Positions 7,106 to 15,493 of a stretch of 15,493 nucleotides of DNA are shown in pieces. The notes under the pieces are model-generated. The model saw only the letters and a list, made by a program, of their open reading frames with translations, was not told the DNA's origin and did no database searches. The stretch's first letter is position 1. Every line of letters starts with the position of its first letter. The translations under genes and the position numbers were made by a program. Origin of the DNA: a virus (taxonomy: Duplodnaviria > Heunggongvirae > Uroviricota > Caudoviricetes); IMG/VR virus record IMGVR_UViG_2606217117_000017; one strand, written 5' to 3'.

Positions 7106-7553
7106 TTTTCCCCAGCCCGGTGAGATTTACCGTTCTGCCGGTTTTCCCGATGTGGCCGTGGTCGGCATTCTGGAAGACGGTATTCCGTGGGAAATGCCGT
7201 ACCGCTGCCCGGACATTGTCTGGAACCCGTACCGCCGTAAATTCAGTATCCTTGTGCGTATCCTCGCTGACGGGCGCACCACAGACATCCCGCTGGGGCG
7301 TTTTCTGCGGGAATTTACCTGTGACCGTCCTGACCTGTTTAAACGCAGCCCCGTAAACCGGCATGCGGTACTGAAAGAAATGGCCGGAGACCCGGAATTA
7401 CAGAAATGGCGGGAGAAATATCTGGATATTTACCCGCAGGACACTGTTCCGGTCAGCCGGGCGGCACCGGTGGCGCGGGAATGGCGGGAAATTCCCCGCA
7501 CGGAGCCTGACCCGGAAATCACCCCGGATAACAGTTACCGCAATTATCTGTAA
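7098..7553 (+). CDS. orf151-like protein (151 aa), P4 left-operon protein of unknown function
   Basis: Exactly 151 codons, upstream of alpha in the same operon; GGAGA SD upstream. Confidence 0.7.
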   Translation: MFDFPQPGEIYRSAGFPDVAVVGILEDGIPWEMPYRCPDIVWNPYRRKFSILVRILADGRTTDIPLGRFLREFTCDRPDLFKRSPVNRHAVLKEMAGDPELQKWREKYLDIYPQDTVPVSRAAPVAREWREIPRTEPDPEITPDNSYRNYL

Positions 7554-7688
7554 TTAAAAAACGACACCCGAAAAATTAAATGTGCGTATTCGCGCAGGGA
7601 TACGCACGTCTTCAGGAGACGCAGATATGCCTTATCAGTTAATGCAACCGGCACGGAATGCAGTCATCTGTCACAGGGAGGAAAACAA

Positions 7689-8009
7689 ATGAAAACACCC
7701 TTACCGCCCGTCTTACGCGCTGCCCTTTACCGTCGCGCTGTCGCCTGTGCCTGGCTGACCGTGTGCGAACGTCAGCACCGCTACCCGCATCTCACCCTTG
7801 AGTCACTGGAAGCGGCCATCGCCGCTGAGCTGGAAGGCTTTTATCTGCGCCAGCACGGTGAGGAAAAAGGGCGTCAGATAGCCTGTGCCCTGCTGGAAGA
7901 TTTAATGGAATCCGGCCCCCTGAAGGCCGCGCCGTCGCTGTCCTTTCTCGGGCTGGTTGTGATGGATGAACTCTGTGCCCGTCACATAAAAGCGCCGGTA
8001 CTGCACTGA
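7689..8009 (+). CDS. 106-aa protein immediately upstream of alpha; position and size fit P4 Cnr (copy-number regulator), identity not verified
   Basis: Strong SD (GGGAGG at 7675-7680), 106 codons, ends 14 nt before the alpha ATG. Confidence 0.65.
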
Positions 8010-8023
8010 AGGAGAACAACACC

Positions 8024-10357
8024 ATGAAAATGAACGTAACCGCCACCGTCAGCCATGCGCTCGGCCACTGGCCGCGTATTCTCCCGGCGCTGGGGATTCA
8101 GGTGCTGAAAAACCGTCATCAGCCCTGTCCGGTCTGTGGCGGGAGTGACCGCTTCCGTTTTGATGACAGGGAGGGGCGCGGCACCTGGTACTGCAATCAG
8201 TGTGGTGCCGGTGACGGCCTGAAACTGGTTGAAAAGGTGTTTGGTGTCTCCCCGTCCGACGCGGCCGCAAAGGTGGCTGCCGTGACCGGCAGCCTGCCCC
8301 CGGCTGACCCGGCAGTGACGGCTGCCGCCGGTGCTGAAACAGACGCTGCCCGGAAGAACGCCGCCGCACTGGCACAAACCCTGATGGCGAAAACCCGTCC
8401 CGGAACCGGTAACGCCTACCTGACCCGCAAGGGCTTTCCCGGCCGGGAATGCCGGATGCTGACCGGCACACACAGAGCCGGTGGCGTGAGCTGGCGTGCC
8501 GGTGACCTTGTGGTGCCACTGTATGACGACAGCGGCGAACTGGTTAACCTTCAGTTAATCAGTGCTGACGGCCGTAAGCGCACCCTGAAAGGCGGACAGG
8601 TCAGGGGCACCTGTCACACCCTTGAAGGACAGAATCAGGCCGGAAAACGTCTGTGGATAGCGGAGGGATACGCGACCGCACTTACCGTGCATCACCTGAC
8701 CGGTGAAACGGTGATGGTGGCGCTTTCTTCCGTGAACCTCCTTTCTCTGGCCAGCCTTGCCCGGCAGAAGCATCCGGCCTGTCAGATTGTCCTTGCCGCA
8801 GACCGTGACCTCAGCGGTGACGGCCAGAAAAAAGCCGCCGCAGCCGCAGATGCGTGTGAAGGTGTTGTTGCCCTGCCGCCGGTCTTCGGTGACTGGAATG
8901 ATGCCTTCACGCAGTACGGCGGGGAGGCCACCCGTAAGGCCATTTACGATGCCATCCGGCCACCGGCTGAAAGCCCGTTCGACACCATGAGTGAAGCGGA
9001 GTTTTCCGCCATGAGTACCAGCGAAAAGGCCATGCGTATCTATGAGCATTACGGCGAGGCGCTCGCGGTCGATGCCAACGGCCAGCTTCTGTCCCGCTAT
9101 GAAAATGGTGTCTGGAAGGTGCTGCCGCCACAGGACTTTGCCCGGAATGTGGCCGGGCTGTTTCAGCGGCTGCGCGCGCCGTTCTCCTCCGGGAAGGTGG
9201 CCTCCGTGGTGGACACCCTGAAGCTGATTATTCCGCAGCAGGAAGCCCCCTCCCGCTGCCTGATTGGCTTTCGTAACGGCGTGCTCGACACGCAGAACGG
9301 CACGTTCCACCCGCACAGTCCGTCACACTGGATGCGTACCCTGTGCGATGTGGATTTCACCCCGCCGGTGGAAGGGGAAACGCTGGAAACCCACGCCCAC
9401 GCGTTCTGGCGCTGGCTTGACCGTGCCGCCGGTGGCCGTGCGGAAAAACGCGACGTGATTCTGGCCGCACTGTTTATGGTGCTGGCAAACCGCTATGACT
9501 GGCAGCTCTTTCTGGAGGTGACCGGTCCCGGCGGCAGCGGCAAAAGTATCATGGCCGAAATAGCCACCCTGCTGGCCGGGGAGGATAACGCCACGTCGGC
9601 CACCATTGAGACGCTGGAATCCCCGCGTGAACGTGCCGCGTTAACTGGCTTCTCACTGATACGCCTGCCGGACCAGGAAAAATGGAGCGGCGACGGAGCC
9701 GGACTCAAGGCCATCACCGGCGGCGATGCAGTGTCCGTTGACCCGAAATACCGGGATGCGTACTCCACGCATATCCCGGCGGTGATTCTGGCCGTGAACA
9801 ATAACCCGATGCGCTTCACCGACCGCAGCGGCGGCGTGTCACGCCGGCGGGGGATTATTCACTTCCCGGAACAGATAGCCCCGCAGGAGCGCGACCCGCA
9901 GCTTAAGGACAAAATCACCCGCGAGCTGGCGGTCATCGTGCGTCACCTGATGCAGAAGTTCAGCGACCCGATGCTCGCCCGGTCACTGCTTCAGTCCCAG
10001 CAGAACTCAGACGAGGCACTGAACATCAAACGGGATGCCGACCCGACGTTTGATTTTATCGGCTATCTGGAAACCCTGCCGCAGACCAGCGGCATGTATA
10101 TGGGGAACGCCAGTATCATCCCGCGTAATTACCGTAAATACCTCTATCACGCCTATCTGGCCTACATGGAGGCAAACGGCTACCGGAATGTACTCAGTCT
10201 GAAAATGTTCGGGCTGGGGCTGCCGGTGATGCTGAAGGAATACGGACTGAATTACGAGAAGCGCCATACCAAACAGGGGATACAGACCAACCTGACACTG
10301 AAAGAGGAAAGCTACGGCGACTGGCTGCCAAAATGTGACGCCCCTGCAACAACCTGA
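8024..10357 (+). CDS. alpha: Alpha: P4-type primase-helicase with origin-binding domain, 777 aa
   Basis: N-terminal zinc-binding primase motif CPVCGGSDRFRFDDREGRGTWYCNQCG; Toprim-like EGY (WIAEGYATA) and DRD (LAADRDLSGDG); Walker A GPGGSGKS; AGGAG SD at 8011-8015. Length equals P4 alpha as recalled. Confidence 0.92.
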   Translation: MKMNVTATVSHALGHWPRILPALGIQVLKNRHQPCPVCGGSDRFRFDDREGRGTWYCNQCGAGDGLKLVEKVFGVSPSDAAAKVAAVTGSLPPADPAVTAAAGAETDAARKNAAALAQTLMAKTRPGTGNAYLTRKGFPGRECRMLTGTHRAGGVSWRAGDLVVPLYDDSGELVNLQLISADGRKRTLKGGQVRGTCHTLEGQNQAGKRLWIAEGYATALTVHHLTGETVMVALSSVNLLSLASLARQKHPACQIVLAADRDLSGDGQKKAAAAADACEGVVALPPVFGDWNDAFTQYGGEATRKAIYDAIRPPAESPFDTMSEAEFSAMSTSEKAMRIYEHYGEALAVDANGQLLSRYENGVWKVLPPQDFARNVAGLFQRLRAPFSSGKVASVVDTLKLIIPQQEAPSRCLIGFRNGVLDTQNGTFHPHSPSHWMRTLCDVDFTPPVEGETLETHAHAFWRWLDRAAGGRAEKRDVILAALFMVLANRYDWQLFLEVTGPGGSGKSIMAEIATLLAGEDNATSATIETLESPRERAALTGFSLIRLPDQEKWSGDGAGLKAITGGDAVSVDPKYRDAYSTHIPAVILAVNNNPMRFTDRSGGVSRRRGIIHFPEQIAPQERDPQLKDKITRELAVIVRHLMQKFSDPMLARSLLQSQQNSDEALNIKRDADPTFDFIGYLETLPQTSGMYMGNASIIPRNYRKYLYHAYLAYMEANGYRNVLSLKMFGLGLPVMLKEYGLNYEKRHTKQGIQTNLTLKEESYGDWLPKCDAPATT

Positions 10358-10364
10358 CCCACCT

Positions 10365-10390
10365 GACCGGCATCTGCCGGTCTTTTTTTT
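10365..10390 (+). terminator. Rho-independent terminator downstream of alpha
   Basis: Stem gaccggc / gccggtc (10365-10382) with a 4-nt loop, followed by T8 (10383-10390). Confidence 0.65.
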
Positions 10391-10404
10391 ATCCCGACAT
10401 CCCC

Positions 10405-10706
10405 CGAAGGTGAACAATCCAGTGTTCACCCTTCACCGTATATTCACCCGTTATCATACTGAAATTAAAAGAGAAAAACGAAAGGTGAACAGTGTGAACA
10501 ATCAAATCAAAAAAAACTTTTTTCTTCCTGAGTGATTTCAGTACGGGGGATTAATCACCGGTATGAGTCACACCGACAGAATGCCGGAGGTGAAGAATCG
10601 AATGTTCACCCTTCACCCATTATTCACCACCTATCACTCTGAAATAAAAGGAGAAAAAAGAAAGGTGAACAGTGTGAACAGTTCTTTCGAAAAAAAATTT
10701 TTTTCC
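10405..10706. repeat. crr (cis replication region): two ~120-bp direct repeats, each with three perfect TGTTCACC/GGTGAACA iterons plus degenerate copies
   Basis: Repeat 1 ~10405-10525, repeat 2 ~10585-10706, highly similar. Perfect octamers at 10409-10416, 10423-10430, 10484-10491 and 10603-10610, 10664-10671, with near-copies GTGAACA at 10494-10500 and 10674-10680, GGTGAAGA at 10589-10596, and TTCACC partials. Each repeat ends in an A/T run. Confidence 0.75.
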
Positions 10707-10983
10707 TGTACGATATAGCATCAATCCAAGTAAAAATGCGCTTTCATTTCACATTAACTTACAGCCATTGGTATACGATTAGGTATACGCACAAAAACTG
10801 AATTAAACAAAATCATTAAAAATCAAAGCAATACAATATTTATTCAAACTCCGCCAGCCATGATTGGACGGTGTAAGGACAACACCAACAAAAACAGGAA
10901 GTTAGAAGTCTCAGCAAAACACCGACCAGACGGTGAGGAGACATAAAAGGATACGCAAAGGAGCCGCGGCTCCTGGTAACATG

Positions 10984-11007
10984 AAAGCCCACAGATGTGG
11001 GCTTTTT
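10984..11007. terminator. Hairpin downstream of the autotransporter stop (possible bidirectional terminator)
   Basis: aaagcccac (10984-10992) / gtgggcttt (10997-11005) with a 4-nt loop, then tt. A second palindrome, ggagccgcggctcc, lies nearby at about 10959-10974. Confidence 0.45.
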
Positions 11008-11016
11008 CGTTGATGG

Positions 11017-14000
11017 TCAGAACGACCAGTTCACACCAGCTACCGCGTTCCACGGGGATTCCACACCGGCACTATGGCTATACCCCACCCCAAGATGCCC
11101 GCTTAACGTACTGCTGAATGAGGCTTTAATACCTGCCTGGTATATTCCACGTCTGCCCGACAAATAATTGACGAAATTACCGTCACTATTCACTTTCACC
11201 CGGTTATCATCGACAAATTCTTTGCGCACAGCCGCCTTCAGCCACGGCTCAACTTCCATACCGTTCCCCAGACGCATGTTGTAACTCAGCGTTGCGCCCA
11301 GTTCACGATATATACTGCGGGTATCGACTGATTTCGATTTCATGCCATTGGATAAATGATATTCGGGGTTATCAGCGGTGAACCCCGTTAACGATGCATA
11401 CGGCGTCAGGTTCCAGTTACCATCGGTAAATCGCATCCCGGTTTCAATGTGACCGCCCAGCCCGTTGCTGTGGTAACTGCCATTGGCGGCTCCACCGCTG
11501 CTCATTTTACCTGCTACGTTACTTTTAAAACGGTTCAGCTTCACGACACCGTCCAGATAGAAACCACTTTCATGTTCCCAACTGGCATAGCCGCCCAGAG
11601 AATAACTGCCCACACTGCCATGTCCTCCGCGATCAAAACCGATATGTGAATGGGAATAGCCCATAAAAGCGCCTAGCGTGGTAATTCCTTCAGGAATATC
11701 ATTACGGCTGTCGATCCCCACTGTCATTCCGGTCAGCGTCTGCTCAAACCCGGCACCCGCATCGGTGGTGACATTATTACGGGTGTTATACGTCGCCCCC
11801 CAGACATTATTGTTGTGTGGACTCGCTTTCATTATGTTCAACCGCTCGCGAATACTGTTTAGCTCAGCATCAAATACCAACGGTAATGTTGCTGCCATAT
11901 TGAGTACGGCTGCCGTAGAAGGCGTAATGCGTTTCTCCGGAACGGGTGTCGGCGTTGGATCGGGAGTAGGGTCTGGTTTTGGATTTGGGTCTGGCTTTGG
12001 ATCGGGTTTTGGGTCTGGCTTTGGATTTGGGATGGGGTCCGGGTTGGGTTTGACATCATTGGTCAGGTTCCAGTTGCTGTTGCCGTCACTTTTCAGGACA
12101 TACTCATAGGTCCCAAGATCAACGAAACCGCCGGTATTGCCCAGCGTAAACGAAGCATCCCCTCCCCCTGTTTTCACCAGCGTCATCGCGTCGTCAGACT
12201 GTGGGCTGACGCCGGTATCCTGAACAAAGATTTTAAAATTACCAGTGGCGTTGTTGTTGACGACCAGTTGATCGCCCCGGGAGCCTGCAACGTTGGTATG
12301 CAGGTAGAAATTACCGCTACCGGAAAGTTCATTGGTTGTCAGCGTATTGTAGATACCGTTAGTTGTGGCAGGCGCTGCTGTTTGTGCTGACAAATAAACA
12401 TCACCGTCGTTGAGTAGCAAACTGTTTACTCTATATTCGCAGTTGCTGGTACCTGCACAGGAATTATTGCTGTTAAGCCAGACACTGCCCCGGCTGGCAG
12501 CCGTCAGGTCGGCAAGCGTGGTATCGACGCCATTTCCCAGAGTCAATGTCGCGCTATCGGTAATCCGGACCGCCCCTTCGAGTTTAACTGGCGTAACATT
12601 ATCCCGTGGCGTCATTAACGACAGGCTTCCTGTCGCGCCACTGACCGATGCATCCGCCAGCGTACCTGCGTAGACGATTGCCGTACCGCCAGCGACCTGG
12701 AGATCTTCTGCCCGGGCCAGAGCCTGAAACTCATCTTTTGACCGCCCAAGGGTATATTGCCCGCCAGAGTTAACCTTTGTGGCGGAGTCCTGACCCAGGT
12801 TTTGCATTGCCCCACCCTTGCCAACCGTGGAGTCGCGAGCTTCGGTACCTGCTAATACCAATAAATTACCGCCATTTTCCAGCAACATATTGGTCGCTAA
12901 ATTGCCGGAAATGGAAAAAGTACCGTACTGGTGAGTACCGCTGATTTCAATACCGTTAGCCGTGCTCGTCTGGAGAGCGGCACCGCTGTTCTGGACGATA
13001 TCTGTCGCTTTGCCATTATCGTTGACTGTCAGCGTACCGCCTTCATTGATCTTTGTTTTTATTGCCTCTCCGTTAGCTGAAACTGTTTGTATTCCGCCGT
13101 CGTTAATTGTTGTCTCATTCGCCACACCCTCGACAATTTGTTCACCGCCGGTGAGCGTCGTGCCTGTCGCAGTGGCTTTTGTTTTGACGATCTCCCGTCC
13201 GCCCATATTGACCTGTGTTTTGTCAGAAGAGGTGTCTGACTCCACGGTTAACACGCCGCCATTTGCCAGCAGGATATTGTTCGCCGCACCCTGCTCGATG
13301 CTGAACGCGACGCCATCCGCGCGTGTTCCTGTGACCCGCGTCGCCCTGGTGGTTGCAACCAAAGCGCCCTGGCTACTCTGCTGTATCCCCGTTGCGCTGC
13401 CTTTCTCCCGCACATCGAGTGTGCCGCCGTCATTAAGCACCGAGTTTTCAGCCAGACCGCCCTCATTAACTACCTGTGAACCCCCATTAATAATGGAACC
13501 TTCCGCTGTCCCGTTTGCCATAATTTGTTGTAGGCCAGAGACGATATCGGTATTGATTGCCTTACCATAATTCTGAACGGTTTGCGTGCCACCATTGATG
13601 TGTGTTTTCTCTGTTGACCCACCATCAACAATTTGTTCACCACTTTCGATATTTGCTTCAGTGGCTAAACCATATACCGTTTGCTTGCCACCTTTGATAT
13701 TTGCTTTATCAGAAGTGGCACTGGCATATATTGTTTGGGTGCCAGCACTATTGAGTACAGTGCCAACATCTTTTCCATAAACATCCATTTTGCCGTTGGC
13801 ATTAATAATCGTGTCAACTGCGCGGGAACCAGTGACGACTGTTAATGAGCCAGCGTTTTCCAGCACTACATTTTTAGCTTCTGAATTCCTGATGTAGAAA
13901 GCATCACCATAACTGTTGGTTCCTTCGATAAGTGTTCCGGAGGTCGTGGAAGCAATTAATGCGCCGCCGGATTGTTGCTCAACATGCTTAGCCTCACCAC

Positions 14001-14164
14001 CGTCCTGAACCTCCAGAACGCCGCCATTATTAAGTCTGGTGCTATCTGTTTTAGCCTCCTTCTGGACAATCAGCTTACCGCCAGTATCAATGGTAGTATT
14101 TTTCGCCGAGGTTTTAGCCACTACCGTCAGTTCGCCGGTATTTTCCAGCACAACATAATTAGCC
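11017..14164 (-). pseudogene. AIDA-I/Ag43-type (type Va) autotransporter adhesin, 5'-truncated by IS10 (no signal peptide or N-terminal passenger start in window)
   Basis: C-terminal beta-barrel ending ...AVAGVNWSF; repetitive Gly/Thr/Asn-rich passenger with ~19-aa repeats (GGxQxV...); Pro-rich linker PNPDPIPNPKPDPKPDPKPDP. The ORF-track start codon at 14218-14220 and first 18 codons lie inside the IS10 terminus, so the native 5' end is missing. Confidence 0.8.
11948..12053. repeat. In-frame tandem repeat (24-bp period, GGNTYTGG-type units) encoding the Pro-Asp/Lys linker of the autotransporter
   Basis: gggtctggctttggat occurs at 11988-12003 and 12012-12027, with related hexamer units throughout 11948-12053. 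Confidence 0.7.
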
Positions 14165-15493
14165 CTGATGAATCCCCTAATGATTTTGGTAAAAATCATT
14201 AAGTTAAGGTGGATACACATCTTGTCATATGATCAAATGGTTTCGCGAAAAATCAATAATCAGACAACAAGATGTGCGAACTCGATATTTTACACGACTC
14301 TCTTTACCAATTCTGCCCCGAATTACACTTAAAACGACTCAACAGCTTAACGTTGGCTTGCCACGCCTTACTTGACTGTAAAACTCTCACTCTTACCGAA
14401 CTTGGCCGTAACCTGCCAACCAAAGCGAGAACAAAACATAACATCAAACGAATCGACCGATTGTTAGGTAATCGTCACCTCCACAAAGAGCGACTCGCTG
14501 TATACCGTTGGCATGCTAGCTTTATCTGTTCGGGCAATACGATGCCCATTGTACTTGTTGACTGGTCTGATATTCGTGAGCAAAAACGACTTATGGTATT
14601 GCGAGCTTCAGTCGCACTACACGGTCGTTCTGTTACTCTTTATGAGAAAGCGTTCCCGCTTTCAGAGCAATGTTCAAAGAAAGCTCATGACCAATTTCTA
14701 GCCGACCTTGCGAGCATTCTACCGAGTAACACCACACCGCTCATTGTCAGTGATGCTGGCTTTAAAGTGCCATGGTATAAATCCGTTGAGAAGCTGGGTT
14801 GGTACTGGTTAAGTCGAGTAAGAGGAAAAGTACAATATGCAGACCTAGGAGCGGAAAACTGGAAACCTATCAGCAACTTACATGATATGTCATCTAGTCA
14901 CTCAAAGACTTTAGGCTATAAGAGGCTGACTAAAAGCAATCCAATCTCATGCCAAATTCTATTGTATAAATCTCGCTCTAAAGGCCGAAAAAATCAGCGC
15001 TCGACACGGACTCATTGTCACCACCCGTCACCTAAAATCTACTCAGCGTCGGCAAAGGAGCCATGGGTTCTAGCAACTAACTTACCTGTTGAAATTCGAA
15101 CACCCAAACAACTTGTTAATATCTATTCGAAGCGAATGCAGATTGAAGAAACCTTCCGAGACTTGAAAAGTCCTGCCTACGGACTAGGCCTACGCCATAG
15201 CCGAACGAGCAGCTCAGAGCGTTTTGATATCATGCTGCTAATCGCCCTGATGCTTCAACTAACATGTTGGCTTGCGGGCGTTCATGCTCAGAAACAAGGT
15301 TGGGACAAGCACTTCCAGGCTAACACAGTCAGAAATCGAAACGTACTCTCAACAGTTCGCTTAGGCATGGAAGTTTTGCGGCATTCTGGCTACACAATAA
15401 CAAGGGAAGACTCACTCGTGGCTGCAACCCTGCTTACTCAAAATTTATTCACACATGGTTACGCTTTGGGGAAATTATGAGGGGATCTCTCAG
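14165..15493 (+). mobile_element. IS10 (IS4 family), complete 1329-bp copy; outside end at 14165, inside end at the last base of the window
   Basis: Begins CTGATGAATCCCCTAATGATTTTGGTAAAAATCATTAAGTTAAGGTGGATACACATCTTGTCATATGATC (IS10 outside end, from memory) and ends ...TTATGAGGGGATCTCTCAG (inside end); length 1329 bp. Confidence 0.9.
14272..15480 (+). CDS. IS10 transposase, 402 aa
   Basis: ORF-track protein MCELDILHDSLYQFCPELHLKRLNSLTLACHALLDCKTLTLTELGRNL... matches the IS10/Tn10 transposase from memory; starts 108 nt inside the element. Confidence 0.92.
   Translation: MCELDILHDSLYQFCPELHLKRLNSLTLACHALLDCKTLTLTELGRNLPTKARTKHNIKRIDRLLGNRHLHKERLAVYRWHASFICSGNTMPIVLVDWSDIREQKRLMVLRASVALHGRSVTLYEKAFPLSEQCSKKAHDQFLADLASILPSNTTPLIVSDAGFKVPWYKSVEKLGWYWLSRVRGKVQYADLGAENWKPISNLHDMSSSHSKTLGYKRLTKSNPISCQILLYKSRSKGRKNQRSTRTHCHHPSPKIYSASAKEPWVLATNLPVEIRTPKQLVNIYSKRMQIEETFRDLKSPAYGLGLRHSRTSSSERFDIMLLIALMLQLTCWLAGVHAQKQGWDKHFQANTVRNRNVLSTVRLGMEVLRHSGYTITREDSLVAATLLTQNLFTHGYALGKL

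Larger units (their letters stand above)
1001..10706. mobile_element. P4-type satellite prophage backbone (int 3' half through crr); left end interrupted by IS629, right boundary (attR) not identified
   Basis: Colinear set of P4 hallmark genes and sites: int, cos 19-mer, psu-delta-sid, ori iterons, vis, immunity leader, orf151, alpha, crr. Order matches an integrated P4 (attL-int-hotspot-cos-psu-delta-sid-ori-...-alpha-crr-attR). Confidence 0.8.

Noticed and set aside
7982-9819. Several long minus-strand ORFs (7982-8473, 8049-8519, 8555-9316, 9493-9819) and short plus-strand ORFs inside the alpha gene
   Set aside because: They lie antisense to or out of frame within a well-supported 777-aa primase-helicase gene in GC-rich DNA, where spurious open frames are common. 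Their translations are Arg/Pro/Gly-rich low-complexity sequence and they lack ribosome-binding sites.
10380-10710. Possible CRISPR array or ORFs (10335-10535 plus strand, 10007-10429 minus strand) over the repeat region
   Set aside because: Only two long (~120 bp) repeats with internal iterons and no short spacer-repeat periodicity; fits P4 crr. The ORFs run through a terminator and repeats.
10844-11053. 69-aa minus-strand ORF overlapping the autotransporter stop and downstream hairpins
   Set aside because: It runs through the terminator hairpins and overlaps the 3' end of the autotransporter gene in another frame.
11449-13780. Plus-strand ORFs (11449-11649, 11678-12109, 12410-12673, 12962-13570, 13586-13780) and minus-strand ORFs in other frames (11859-12059, 12615-12824, 13248-13466)
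   Set aside because: All lie within the autotransporter coding region, antisense or out of frame; the plus-strand ones include translation of the Pro-linker repeat as a Gly-Ser-Phe repeat.
14513-14876. Short ORFs within IS10 (14513-14701 plus, 14685-14876 minus)
   Set aside because: Internal to or antisense of the IS10 transposase gene.

Overview
The window is bounded by two insertion sequences (partial IS629 at 1-1000, complete IS10 at 14165-15493) and carries an almost complete phage-P4-type satellite prophage backbone. In order: the 3' half of a P4-family tyrosine integrase (5' half severed by IS629); one AT-rich 545-codon cargo ORF in the int-cos-psu accessory hotspot, where P4 itself carries gop/beta/cII; the 19-nt P2/P4-type cos sequence; the leftward psu-delta-sid operon; ori with six TGTTCACC iterons; vis; a CI-RNA-type immunity leader; small ORFs including a 151-codon and a 106-codon ORF; the 777-aa alpha primase-helicase; and crr (two ~120-bp iteron-bearing repeats). 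Downstream is an AIDA-I/Ag43-type autotransporter gene whose 5' end is cut by IS10. The most interesting object is the 545-aa hotspot ORF, a functionally unassigned candidate single-gene anti-phage system. All identifications are by reading the sequence and recalling P4 biology; no database search was run, and gene sizes, the cos 19-mer, iteron counts and IS end sequences are matched from memory and should be confirmed by alignment.
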